Translations under genes and position numbers: made by a program | Shown: positions 1 to 11,623 of the stretch, in pieces | How positions within the stretch are numbered: position 1 is the first letter of the stretch | How the letters are laid out: each line of letters begins with the position of its first letter | DNA from: Eledone cirrhosa | Taxonomy: Eukaryota | DNA length: 64,000 bases | NCBI GenBank assembly: GCA_964016885.1 | Contig: OZ024746.1 | Span: forward strand, 100,626,001 to 100,690,000 | Direction of reading: 5' to 3' | The notes under the pieces: model-generated | The model's input: only the letters and a program-made list of their open reading frames with translations | Databases searched by the model: none | Told to the model about the DNA's origin: nothing

Positions 1-1951
1 CACCATGTGTGCCTTCACAATGTCGTACAGCTGCTGGTCAACAACGGGGTCCGGTATTTACGCTGCGATGACGTCATCTATAACTGTAAGGTCTATTTTG
101 GTGACCAACCAAACCAAAATAGCGTGTGGCAACCCTCTCTTCTGCCACTCAACAGTATACATGTGGGACTTAACAGGCCTGAAAACCTTCCCTTTTCTTA
201 TTAGATCAATTAGCTTAGCCAGCTTCTGCCTGAAAACCCTGGCAATAATATCATGCTGATGGCAGTACTGCTGCTCTGGGATAAGTTCCCGCGTAACCTC
301 AACCCACTTGGGGTTACACGTAAACGTGATGAATAAATAATGCCCATAATGCCGAACGAACGTCATAGCGTCCTGTGTTCGCTCGTGCATGTAACGCGGC
401 TCCCCCGTATATGTTGAGGGTAGAATTCACATTTTGCCGATGTTCCGGGGGTCAGTGTCATTCCTGATGCCGTCACACAAATGGATGTAGGAGTCTGAGC
501 GCAGCTGCTTCTGATTCAATTTTATGAAGCTCAGTCTCTCCGACTCCATCTTTGCAGCCATGTCAACTGCAAACTGGTGAAACAGTTCCCGTGACCTGTG
601 CAGGGTGCTGAAATCGTTAGGCCTCGTCATGAAGCGGTATGAGTATAAAGCCATGCATGAAACAGTTTTAGATGTCTCAGCAGTGGGCTCGTTTGGTTTG
701 CGCTGAGGAATGCCAAAATGGTACCCGTCTTCTCCGTATGCAAAAAGAAGGGGATACTGCAGGGCATCGTATGAACGATGCGTCTCATTAATACGTCGAA
801 GACCACTGTCACGACTTTGAAGAACTATGTCTCGCATGGATAACTACGGCCACTTCATTGCACGAAGGAGCATTATAACGGCGTGCGGGCTCCCCAGAAG
901 GTCTTTTGTCAGCATCGATGACAATGGTGAAGTTTGGTGAAGGATTTGTTTCCAATGCGTATTTGAAACTGCGAATATAACTGTTGCGCTCATAAAGCAT
1001 GTTTTGAAGACCGAGCAGCACGTCCCTTTCAAAAGTGTCAGCGTCAGTGTTTGCAGGTGTTGGAATAACGCCGAACCGCGCATCAACTTGCCTACTGTAG
1101 TTAGAAATGAAGTAAATTTGAAGGAACGAAGGCTTGCAATTTTGTAGTGGCTGGAGTGACCCAATAAGATGGTACACCTGCCCCTGGACCTTGAAAGTAG
1201 GCACCCAACCACTTTCTCTGACAACGTTAGCCCCGAAAGAAGTCATTTGAAATGCACAATTGTACTTCCTGATGAGTTGAAGGAATTTGGATGACCTTGA
1301 GGTAGAACCAGTAAGTAGTTCCTTCAAAGGCTCCGGTGGTTCCCCAAGAGGGGGAAAGCTGACCTTACCGTTTAAGCAGCACATTGCAGGTGGCTCCCCA
1401 GCCCACTTTTTAGCATTGCAGAATTTGCAATTGAAGCGCATTTCCCCTATATTTATGTCGGCACAAATCGAGTAGTTAACGTTGGGCTCATACTTGAAAG
1501 CCCGTAGGTGCCAGTATGGGCTGGTGGGGCTTGTCACACCGCGGGCAGCTTCTTGTCGTCGACTGTTCCGCTCCAGCGTAGAATGTTGCTCCTGTGGGTC
1601 GTGGGAAGCTCTCGCAGCAGTAGCAGCAGCGTTTCTATTCAGGCGAGTCGACCTTTGTTCCGGGCCCTCTGAAGCCCTGGAAGTAGCAGTAGAAGCGTTT
1701 TTTGGGGAATGACGTATCGCCCGCTCTGAATTGCACATCGCAGTACGTCTTGAGGCGTCGTATGAAGCCATCTTGGCTAGGCGTGCGGTGCGTTGTTGAA
1801 AACTTTCAGCAGCTCTGCATTCCGCTGAACGTAAGGCGCTCTGTGAAAGTCTTAAAGCAGTTTCCTCGGGGGGCTCGTTTGCTGTAATCGCCCTCTGCGC
1901 CGCCGCTGATGCGGTATGGCGACCGAGGCGACTTCTCTTTTTAGGTGGCAT
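1..1951 (-). pseudogene. Helitron Rep/helicase N-terminal and Rep region, disrupted
   Basis: Motifs CKFCNAKKW..E...CC.NGKV, YNCAFQMTSFGA, FKVQGQVYH, HRSYDALQYPLLF..GEDG, FITFTCNPKW and VEWQKRGLPHA. Frameshift near 830-840; in-frame stops at 427-429 and 58-60. Likely start MPPKKRSR at 1951. Confidence 0.9.
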
Positions 1952-2426
1952 TTTATGTGAAAAAGAAAGGGTGAAAGTTACTTCTACAGCAAAATTGCCT
2001 TTGAAAGAATAAGGCTGAAAACTGTCTGCGTTTCGTTTCGCAGGGGAAAAAAATGGGAGAACGAACGGCAAATAAATAACTCACAGTTTGTTGAAAGCAC
2101 GCTTCTGTCAGCAATTTGAAGTTGTTTGGCCAAAAATCCCTATGTGGTTTTTTTTTTCACTCAATAAACGTGTAAATATGTTATACACAAAATGCAATTT
2201 TGTGTGAGCATGGATTTTTTTTTTCGACTTTTATGTGGAGTAGAGAGGGGAAATTATTTCCGTAATTGTGGGTGATTTTGAAATAAATAAATAGTCATTG
2301 ACCTAAGTTAGACCATTTACAACATTCTTACAGACTTTGAGTCGAATCGGTTTGAAATTGTGCAAATGTATAAACATGGAACATGCACACACAAACACAC
2401 AACAACAACAATCTGCCTTTTATAGA
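1..2426 (-). mobile_element. Helitron, 5' portion (continues past window start)
   Basis: Rep-helicase-type coding remnants, plus a Helitron-like 5' end on the minus strand (A|TCTATAAAAGGCAGATTGTTGTTG...GTGTGTTTGTGTG) at ~2426. Confidence 0.85.
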
Positions 2427-2430
2427 TAAT

Positions 2431-2614
2431 TGTTTCTACTTTAGGCACAAGGCCAGCAATTACCCAGTACATTACTGGTACTTTATTTTATCGACCCCGT
2501 AAGGATGAAAGGCAAAGTTAACCTCGGCTGGATTTGAACTCAGACTGTAAAGGGACGTAACTATGCTAGAAAACATGGCGTCCAACCCTCTACCAACACT
2601 GCCAATTCACCGCC
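2431..2614 (-). mobile_element. Full-length tRNA-derived SINE with target-site duplication
   Basis: Minus strand begins GGCGGTGAATTGGCAGTGTTGG (A-box-like) and contains GAGTTCAAATCC (B box). Flanked by direct repeat TTTTATAGATAAT (2418-2430, 2616-2628). Related copies at 10.8 and 14.2 kb. Confidence 0.85.
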
Positions 2615-2628
2615 CTTTTATAGATAAT

Positions 2629-3673
2629 GATATATATACACCTCTATAACACTATATATATACACCTCTATAACATACTATATAGATACACATCTATAAC
2701 AATATATATACACCTCTATAACACACTATATACACCTCTATAACACTATATATACACCTCTATAACACAATATACACACCTCTATAACACTATATACACC
2801 TCTATAACACTATATATACACCTCTATAACACAATATATACACCTCTATAACACTATATACACCTCTATAACACTATATATACAGCTCTATAACACTATA
2901 TATACACCTCTATAACACTATATACACCTCTATAACACTATATATACAGCTCTATAACACTATATATACACCTCTATAACACAATATATACACCTCTATA
3001 ACACTATATACACCTCTATAACACTATATATACAGCTCTATAACACTATATATACACCTCTATAACACAATATATACACCTCTATAACACTATATATACA
3101 CCTCAATAACACTATATATATACACCTCTATAACACACTATATATATATACACCTCTATAATATACTATATAGATACACATCTATAACAATATATATACA
3201 CCTCTATAACACACTATAAACACTTCTATAACACAATATATACACTTCTATAACACTATATATATACACCTCTATAACACAATATATATACACCTCTATA
3301 ACACACTATATATACACCTCTATAACACACTCTATACACCTCTATAAAACTATATAGATTCACATCTATAACACACTATATATATACACCTCTATAACAC
3401 TATATACACCCCCATAACACTATATATATATACACCTCTATAACACTATATATATACACCTCTATAACATACTATATAGATACACATCTATAACAATATA
3501 TATACACCTCTATAACACACTCTATACACCTCTATAAAACTATATAGATTCACATCTATAACACACTATATATATACACCTCTATAACACTATATATACA
3601 CCTCCATAACACTATATATATATATACACCTCTATAACACTATATATACACCTCTATAACACAATATATATAC
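2629..3673. repeat. Minisatellite, ~20-24-bp unit CACCTCTATAACAC(TA)n
   Basis: Direct reading: about 45 imperfect copies with a variable TA tract. Confidence 0.95.
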
Positions 3674-3748
3674 CAATGGTGTGTGCAGGAGAGAAGACTG
3701 GTGGTATGTGTGGGTATGGTGTGGTGTGCGGTGGCCGGAAGCTGGGGA

Positions 3749-3812
3749 GTGCTCGACCGGAAGAGTGCTTGACTGGAAGGGTGCTTGGCCGGAAGGGTGC
3801 TCGACCGGAAGG
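3749..3812 (+). repeat. 4 x 16-bp tandem repeat GTGCTCGACCGGAAGG in putative 5' LTR
   Basis: Direct reading. Confidence 0.85.
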
Positions 3813-4101
3813 GCCAGCAGATCGGTCTCTCTCTAGTGGTGACCAGGAACGGTGCGGACACGAGTTTGGCAGCTCCCGGGTATTAATGAGTTGGACGCAC
3901 GTGGAAGAGGAAACCAGCCATGGTATTTAGCGGCACCTATGAAAAGCGGTAAGTGAGATAGCTTTTTCTAACCACAAGCTATTTCGGCACTGGAAACAGA
4001 TCTGATTGAAAAAAAAAAAACTTTCTCGAAAACAAAGCTACTGGAAAAACAGAGAGGAGTCTGTTGTTTTTTTTATTACGTACCGCAAGACAAATTAGGA
4101 T

Positions 4102-4838
4102 ATGGCGATGAGACTACGAACGAGCGAAGCGATTAGGGCATTTACCGGTGAAGGCGATGTTGTCGCTTGGCTGCGAAAAGTCCGGCTGGTCGCAAGCTTA
4201 CAGAAGATAGAAGATGTGGCTGGCCTCATGGCACTGTACCTCGAGGGGGACCATTGGTACTCTTCCTTGAGTTGGATGAACACAGCCAAAGGGATGTGCA
4301 AAACATTGAGAGGCGCATGATGGAAGCGTTCGCAGAGGGACCGTTAGCCGCTTTTGCTAAGCTGGCAAGAATTAGATGGAACGGTGAACGCATTGACATT
4401 TTCGCAGCGGAAATACGGCAATTGGCCATGTTGGCTGGATATCAGGTGGAATGCGAACGCATGGTGCGGTTGGCGTTCATAAATGGATTTCCAGACGACA
4501 TAGCGGTGAGACTGCAACATGTTCTGGGTTACAAAGAAATGGAGATGCGTTCACTGGTGGAGCAAGCCCGTATCATAGCAGAAGATGCCAAGAAGAGTGT
4601 CGCGGTGATAGCAACTACAGAGGCTCAAGACAGCTGGCAGCGAAATGGTGAAAGGGAGGCAACCACGGCACGCGGTCGCCCGCGAACGTTTAGAGGTCGT
4701 TGTTTTAGGTGCCAGGGCCTGCACATGGCGAGAGACTCTAGAGAGTCAAGGCCAGAAATAATATGCTACCGGTGTAAGCGACCAGGCCACATCGCTACGA
4801 TGTGGGAAACGATCCAAGGGGAACTACTACGCCGGTAG
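4102..4838 (+). pseudogene. gag: gag-like gene with frameshift
   Basis: ORF 4102 (FTGEGDVVAWL..V.LVA.LQ...LYLEGD) continues after a frameshift near 4250 into ORF 4167-4838. Two degenerate zinc knuckles: CFRCQGLHMARDS and CYRCKRPGHIATMW. Confidence 0.8.
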
Positions 4839-4839
4839 T

Positions 4840-5326
4840 TGCCCCTTACGAGGAGAGGCGCTGCCCGTGGTGGAAGTCTTCGTGAGGGGAAAGCCACAGC
4901 GAGCCCTCGTGGACATGGGCTGTACGACGACACTGGTGACCATGGGGGTGGTGGAGAGGGAAGAGCAGCGTAAGGGCAGTCGATGGCAGGAAAATTGAAT
5001 GCCGAGGTCGCAGCGAGGTGGAGATGGCAGTACGGGGAAGGAAAATAAGGCTTTCTGCCATCGTAGTTGACAACGTGGTGGATGGGATCAGCGTGGTTAA
5101 GGGCATGGACGCAATTGGCCGTCTAGGAGGCGTCACAGTGAACAATGTCGGTGTGTCGTGTGGCGCCGCTGCATCGGTATGCGCTGTGAGTATGCGACAG
5201 GAGAACCAGAAGGCCCACGAGGAGAAATACTCTGCTTACACTGTACAGGACAAAGACTTCAAGGCCGTGTGCAATGGGAAGCGATGGGTTGTTGAGTGGT
5301 ACTGGAAGGGAGACCACCAACACTGA
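4840..5326 (+). pseudogene. Retroviral-type aspartic protease region, frameshifted
   Basis: RALVDMGCTTTLV (Asp at 4912-4914; DTG replaced by DMG) and downstream V.GMDAI..LGG motif in a different frame. Confidence 0.7.
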
Positions 5327-7680
5327 AGACCAAAGTGGGCTGCTATCAACACACATTGAAGGGAGACATTAGGAGCGAGTTTGAGCGAGAGGTAGAGAGA
5401 TGGATTGAGGAGGGCATACTGCTTCCCTGGAAAGAGGAGGTGAAGTGCGGAGTATTGCCGTTAATGGCGGTGGCGCAACCCATGAAGAACAAGGTGAGGC
5501 CGGTACTCGACTTTCGGGAGCTGAACGAGCACGTGTCATGCCACACGGGTGGCGAGGTCACGGATGTCTGTGGGGAAACCCTGCGTGAGTGGAGACGCAT
5601 GACGGGGGGTTCCGCAATCGTAGATCTAAAGTCAGCATACTTGCAATTGCATATAGATGAGAAGCTCTGGCAGTATCAGCTGGTCAGGTATAAGGGCCGG
5701 ACATATTGCCTGACCAGGCTCGGTTTCGGGCTGAGCCCCGCACCGAAGATCATGGCGGCGGTCCTCAAGACCATTCTGGGAAAGGCCGACAAGATGAAGA
5801 GGGCCACTAATTCCTACATTGACGACATCCTAGTGGACGAGTCTGTGGTGTTGGCGGCGGAGGTCATGAGCCATTTACAGGGGTATGGACTGGCTGCGAA
5901 GCCGTCAGAAGCGTTGGAGGGAGGAGCCGCACTGGGACTTAGGCTACGGCGAGACAGGACGGGCGTCTTGGTATTCCAGAGGGGAAATGAAGTTCCAGAA
6001 ATGGGCCCAAGTATGAGTAGGCGGGAGCTTTTCTCGGTGTGTGGAAAGTTGGTGGGTCACAACCCGATTGCTGGGTGGCTCCGGATGGCATGCAGCTATG
6101 TCAAGAGACGAGTGGGAGGGGTGACTTGGAGTGACAGAGTGGGAGATAGGACGGTGGCCATGATGCAGGAGATCGTGGAGAGGGTGAAGGCCGACGACCC
6201 AGTGTGGGGACGCTGGTATGTTCCCAAATCGCAGAGCGGGACCGTATGGTGCGATGCCAGCAGCATAGCGCTGGGTGTCACGTTGGAGATAGGAGGTGTT
6301 GAGGTCGAGGATGCAGCCTGGCATAGGAAGAAGGACAACTGCAACCACATCAATGTGGCTGAACTGGACACGGTGTTGAGAGGGATGAACCTCGCCCTGA
6401 GATGGCGACTGCACACCATCAAGATACGCACCGACTCGGCTACTGTACTCGGATGGGTGAGATCAGTGCTCACCAGTGAGAAGAGAGTGCGAACGAGAGG
6501 GGCAGCGGAGATGCTGATAAAGCGCCGCCTGGGAACTTTAGGAGAGCTGGCCACTGAGTTCGACCTGAGGCTGAGTGTAGTTTTCGTGCCCTCAGAGAAA
6601 AATAGGGTGGACATCTTAACCAGGGTGAAGAAAGCCTGGATGGAAACCCCGGAGGAGGTAGAAGAGGAGATAGCTGCCGTGTGCCGGTTGACCGAGTCGG
6701 ATCTGAAAGGGTTGCATGACATGCATCACATGGGAGTGGATAGGACCCTGTTCCTAGCCAGGAGAATCGACTCGGACGTTAACAGACACAGTGTTCAAAG
6801 GGTGGTTAGAGGCTGCGTCCGATGTCAGTCCATTGATCTTGCCCCAGGTGTGCACGAAACGGGAAGCCTCCTGGTGGATCGCGACTGGAAGCGATTGGTG
6901 GTGGATGTAACGCACTACCGACAGGGAACGTACCTCTCGATGGTCGACTGTGGACCAGGACGGATGGCGATATGGAGGGAGATGAAGACTGGAACGGCCG
7001 AGGAAATAATGCGGACGTTGAGAGAAGTGTTCTTGGAGCAGGGCCCTGTGGACGAACTGCTGATGGACAACAGCGCAGCGTTCCGCTTGGAGGCGCTGAG
7101 GGAGATGCTGGATAGATGGAAGGTGGACCGTTTCTTCAGAGCAGCACACAGGCCGAGCGGGAATGGAATTGTGGAGCGACACCACCGGACGATCAAGGCA
7201 ATGGCGGAGCGGGGCCATATCTCACCAATGGAGGCAGTGTTCTGGTACAACATGTCCCCTTGGGTGGGACAGGTTGAGGAATCGGTGCCACACAGAGCAG
7301 TATTCAGATACGAGTGGCGGCACCCGTGCACGCCACCACAATGGCCAGTGGGGAGAGAGAATGCATTCGTGCAGGTGGGCGAAGAAGTCTGGGTCAAGCC
7401 CCCAGATGCACGTTGCACATCTCAATGGGGAAGGGGAACGGTGACGGCCATAAATTCCCAGAACAATGTGTCCGTGGACGGGGTACCACGTCATGTCCTG
7501 GATGTCCGTAGAATCACTGTGTCAACGGACTCCGAGGAAGAGGAAACTCAAAGTGCCGCCCCAACACTGCGGAGATCGCAAAGAAGTCGCAAACCACCAA
7601 CCTGGACAGCAGACTTTCATATGCACATGGAAGAGGAGAAACCAGCCATGGGATTTAACGGCGCTTATGATAAGCGGTAA
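5296..7680 (+). CDS. pol: pol: reverse transcriptase, RNase H, DDE integrase (794-codon open frame)
   Basis: RT: VLDFRELN, DLKSAYLQ, RLGFGL, YIDDILV. RNase H: WCDASS, HINVAELD, TDS. Integrase: H..HH...C..C, VDV, MDN, GNGIVER. Confidence 0.9.
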   Translation: MVLEGRPPTLKTKVGCYQHTLKGDIRSEFEREVERWIEEGILLPWKEEVKCGVLPLMAVAQPMKNKVRPVLDFRELNEHVSCHTGGEVTDVCGETLREWRRMTGGSAIVDLKSAYLQLHIDEKLWQYQLVRYKGRTYCLTRLGFGLSPAPKIMAAVLKTILGKADKMKRATNSYIDDILVDESVVLAAEVMSHLQGYGLAAKPSEALEGGAALGLRLRRDRTGVLVFQRGNEVPEMGPSMSRRELFSVCGKLVGHNPIAGWLRMACSYVKRRVGGVTWSDRVGDRTVAMMQEIVERVKADDPVWGRWYVPKSQSGTVWCDASSIALGVTLEIGGVEVEDAAWHRKKDNCNHINVAELDTVLRGMNLALRWRLHTIKIRTDSATVLGWVRSVLTSEKRVRTRGAAEMLIKRRLGTLGELATEFDLRLSVVFVPSEKNRVDILTRVKKAWMETPEEVEEEIAAVCRLTESDLKGLHDMHHMGVDRTLFLARRIDSDVNRHSVQRVVRGCVRCQSIDLAPGVHETGSLLVDRDWKRLVVDVTHYRQGTYLSMVDCGPGRMAIWREMKTGTAEEIMRTLREVFLEQGPVDELLMDNSAAFRLEALREMLDRWKVDRFFRAAHRPSGNGIVERHHRTIKAMAERGHISPMEAVFWYNMSPWVGQVEESVPHRAVFRYEWRHPCTPPQWPVGRENAFVQVGEEVWVKPPDARCTSQWGRGTVTAINSQNNVSVDGVPRHVLDVRRITVSTDSEEEETQSAAPTLRRSQRSRKPPTWTADFHMHMEEEKPAMGFNGAYDKR

Positions 7681-9071
7681 GTGAGATAGCTTTTTCTAAC
7701 AACAGTATGGTCACGTGGTGTGCATGAAGGTAGACAGCTGCTTAAAAAGGTGCTGGTCTTTAGAGTTGTAGCCCCCCCCCCAAAAAAAAAATAAATAAAT
7801 AGGAGGATGTGATATGAAACGATAAAGGTGGACCTGACTCAACTAAATCTCCCAATCTCACAGTCCTCTGGTGCTACAACATATGACAAAAGACCTGTGT
7901 TGACAACTCCACCCTGGACTCAGCTCATAACGGCGGCACCACCCAGGCCACACTGCAAACACGGTCGACAGCAGGACCACCCACTGACATGGCTCCCTTT
8001 TTGAGTAAGGCTCGGTGCGTCCAAATGGCCCAACTTCCCTCATAAACTGTGGTTCCGCTGTGAGCAGGGTATGGTGTAGTCAACCGACCTGTTCCTCCTC
8101 ATAGCAATGCCATTCAGTTCCACACTGAATGGCATCTGTGGTTCCCACACTTTGACTCCACTGTAAGAAGAGTTTGGCACAGCCTGTCCCTCTTCATAAC
8201 AGTGCTACCTAGTCTCACACTGTAATAGTGTTCATGTTAGGAAGGTCATTTAGTTGTAAAAATCCTGGTCAAATTTACAGTTCCTTCTGAGCAAGCATGG
8301 AAAATGTATGTTCAACTTTGATGATGATGATGATAACACACACAATATACACCATCGTAACACTGATTTTATGAAGTAACAGTCTCCGGTTTAACAGGGT
8401 CTGGTTTAATGAAGGTTTGCTGTAATAGAAACCTGCGTCAAATGAGTACCCTTACAGTTTGTACCCTGTACCACATCACCTTCCAATCTTTTGGTGTAGA
8501 GGAAATGGCCAAGCCCTTTTGTGGTTTAAATTTTATTTCACTGAAATAACAAAATGTGCAATAACCATAATCAAACCAATGTGTGATCTTCTATGCAATT
8601 ATTAGACCTCATAGAAATTGTAGCCAAATGTTTCAAATACTTAGAAAGAAGTAGGACAGATAATATAATTCTAGATAAGTTATGAAGAGAAAATGGGAGG
8701 GTCACAGCTGACATATCTTCAATAATGGCTTTGGGCTAAATAAAACACTCACTATAAAAATAACAGGTCACAGCTTATCACCACTATAGTATTCCAGTAG
8801 GTGTGTTTATTATCCTCTTTTCAATGACCACTCCTCTTTCCTTTATCACAATTATACTGGAAAACATTTTCGGAAACAACATGTTGCCTTAGTTTTATGA
8901 CTCATATTTCAGAAAACAATGTCTCAATTGAATGCTATGTTCTAGTTTTATAGCTCAAATTTTTGTAAAGAAAAAGATTTTATTCAACAAATTTAATTGA
9001 TTGAAAACTGGATGCAAAAAAAAAAAAAAAAAAAAAAAAAATATCAAAAGTAAGGGGAAATGAGAGGGGAA

Positions 9072-10146
9072 GTGGTAGACTCTACACCTCAGTCTAGGTG
9101 GTATATCTCAGCTGTGGTAGGGAGTGACAGACTCTACACCCCAGTCTAGGTGGTATATCTCAGCTGTGGTAGGGAGTGGTAAACTCTACACCTCAGTCTA
9201 GGTGGTATATCTCAGCTGTGGTAGGGACTGACAGACTCTACACCCCAGTCTAGGTGGTATATCTCAGCTGTGGTAGGGAGTGGTAGACTCTACACCCCAG
9301 TCTTGGTGGTATATCTCAGCTGTGGTAGGGAGTGGCAGACTCTACCAGTCTAGATGGTATATCTCAGCTGTGGTAGGGAGTGGTAGACTCTACACCCCAG
9401 TCTAGGTGGTATATCTCAGCTGTGGTAGGGAGTGACAGACTCTACACCACCGTTTTGGTGGTATATCTCAGCTGTGGTAGGGAGTGGCAGACTCTACACC
9501 CCAGTCTAAGTGGTATATCTCAGCTGTGGTAGTGAGTGGTAGACTCTACACCCCAGTCTAGGTGGTATATCTCAGCTGTGGTAGGGAGTGACAGACTCTA
9601 CACCCCAGTCTAAGTGGTATATCTCAGCTGTGGTAGTGAGTGGTAGACTCTACACCCCAGTCTAGGTGGTATATCTCAGCTGTGGTAGGGAGTGACAGAC
9701 TCTACACCCCAGTCTAAGTGGTATATCTCAGCTGTGGTAGGGAGTGGTAAACTCTACACCTCAGTCTAGGTGGTATATCTCGGCTGTGGTAGGGACTGAC
9801 AGACTCTACACCCCAGTCTAGGTGGTATATCTCAGCTGTGGTAGGAAGTGGTAGACTCTACACCTCAGTCTAGGTGGTATATCTCAGCTGTGGTAGGGTG
9901 TGGTAGACTCTACACCCCAGTCTAGGTGGTATATCTCAGCTGTGGTAGGGACTGGTAGACTCTACACCCCAGTCTAGGTGGTATATCTCAGATGTGGTAG
10001 GGAGTGACAGACTCTACACCCCAGTCTAGGTGGTATATCTCAGATGTGGTAGTGGTAGACTCTATACCCCAGTCTAGGTGGTATATCTCAGCTGTGGTAG
10101 GGACTGACTGACTCTACACCACCGTTTTGTTGGTATATCTCAGCTG
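9072..10146 (-). repeat. 52-bp minisatellite, ~20 copies; same family as the large satellite, inverted
   Basis: Unit GTGGTAGACTCTACACCCCAGTCTAGGTGGTATATCTCAGCTGTGGTAGGGA; starts at 9072 and 9124 give period 52. Confidence 0.95.
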
Positions 10147-10803
10147 CTTCCCCTGCAGACAAAATGGTAAAGTTATTATCAAGGAAAGCTCCTTTCCCAT
10201 GTAGAATGGTAAACAGCAATTTAGAGGCCAACATGTCTCAACAGCGACCGGCTGTCTTCCTCCAAATTTGTTTCATTTTTTTTTTAATCGGAAGGTTCAA
10301 ATAATATATTTATATATTAGTTTTTGCCTATTTTGCAGATCTTATGGTGAGATTCAAGTTGAATATGCTAATTTATGAATATGAGAATTAAAAACATATG
10401 CACTAATAAATTTGAGATAATTTGTATACGTGTGTGTGTGTGCATGTGTGCATGTGTGCGTAAATTATTTCATTGGCTTAGTTTTTGTTTCGTTACTGAC
10501 ATGTTAGATCTGTTTCCCTTAAAAGACCCCAATAATTGATTTATCTTTTATTTACTCTACAATTTGTTCTCTAGAAACTAATTTACCTGAGAGCTGCCAT
10601 GTACTAACCTTATCTCACTAAATACATTTCCCACAGTTCTATCAAAGATGATCAATTTTAAATGATTCTTCAGTTAATACAGGAAATTCATTAAAATATT
10701 ACAATATAGATTAATTTTGCCTTCAGACAATAATATTTTATTAACATAACCCCCCCCCCCCCCCCAAAAAAAGGGGAAAAGTAAATGAATTCTATTGTAT
10801 AAT

Positions 10804-10968
10804 AATTGCTTCTACTTTTGGCACAAGGCAAGCAATTACCCCAGTGTATTACTGGTACTTTATTTTATCGACCCCATAAGGATGAAAGGCCAAGTTAACC
10901 TCGGATCATAACTAGATCATAAAGGGCCGTAACTCTGTGCTGCAAAACATGGCATCCGACCCTCTAAC
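10804..10968 (-). mobile_element. Degenerate copy of the tRNA-derived SINE
   Basis: Aligns by eye to 2431-2590 (GGCACAAGGC..GCAATTACCCAGT...TCGACCCC.TAAGGATGAAAGGC.AAGTTAACCTCGG). Confidence 0.85.
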
Positions 10969-11052
10969 CTAAAACTGTATTTGGTTATCACTTGTGAAAT
11001 GTTCACTACTATATTAAATGCAAATCTTATTCTTTGCCCACTTACTCCTTGT

Positions 11053-11623
11053 AGAGTGGTGGGGTCGGAGTCCTCAAACACCTTCCAGTAGGTCCTGTTA
11101 TAAGCTACTCTCTCCAGTTGATACAAGTCTCACTAGGGTGGTGGGTTTGGAGTCCTCAAGCACCTTCCAGTAGGTCCTGTTATAAGCTACTCTCTCCAGT
11201 TGATACAAGTCTCACTAGAGTGGTGGGGTCGGAGTCCTCAAACACCTTCCAGTAGGTCCTGTTATAAGCTACTCTCTCCAGTTGATACAAGTCTCACTAG
11301 GGTGGTGGGGTCGGAGTCCTCAAACACCTTCCAGTAGGTCCTGTTATAAGCTACTCTCTCCAGTTGATACAAGTCTCACTAGGGTGGTGGGGTCGGAGTC
11401 CTCAAGCACCTTCCAGTAGGTCCTGTTATAAGCTACTCTCTCCAGTTGATACAAGTCTCACTAGGGTGGTGGGGTCGGAGTCCTCAAACACCTTCCAGTA
11501 GGTCCTGTTATAAGCTACTCTCTCCAGTTGATACAAGTCTCACTAGGGTGGTGGGGTCGGAGTCCTCAAGCACCTTCCAGTAGGTCCTGTTATAAGCTAC
11601 TCTCTCCAGTTGATACAAGTCTC
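11053..11623. repeat. 82-bp tandem repeat, 7 near-identical copies
   Basis: Unit starts at 11053, 11135, 11217 ... 11545. Confidence 0.95.

Larger units (their letters stand above)
3677..7704 (+). mobile_element. Gypsy-like LTR retrotransposon (gag-PR-RT-RH-IN)
   Basis: GC-rich block with domain order PR-RT-RH-IN; ~80-bp diverged direct repeat at 3897-3976 and 7623-7704. Confidence 0.88.

Noticed and set aside
2431-2614. Possible tRNA gene
   Set aside because: A and B boxes are present, but there is a SINE body, a TSD and dispersed copies, and no convincing cloverleaf.
5346-7511. Antisense and alternate-frame ORFs over pol
   Set aside because: Expected shadows of a GC-rich coding region; no recognisable motifs.
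8380-8426. Possible pogo/Tigger-like terminal inverted repeat ending GGTTTGCTGTA
   Set aside because: No partner TIR could be found.
10146-10175. Acceptor-like sequence before both satellite arrays (ttttgtctgcag on minus here; ttccctttaacag at ~35900)
   Set aside because: All downstream frames hit stops within one or two monomers, and such motifs are common in AT-rich DNA.
9072-11623. CRISPR-like appearance of the short tandem repeats
   Set aside because: No unique spacers, no cas genes, eukaryotic context.
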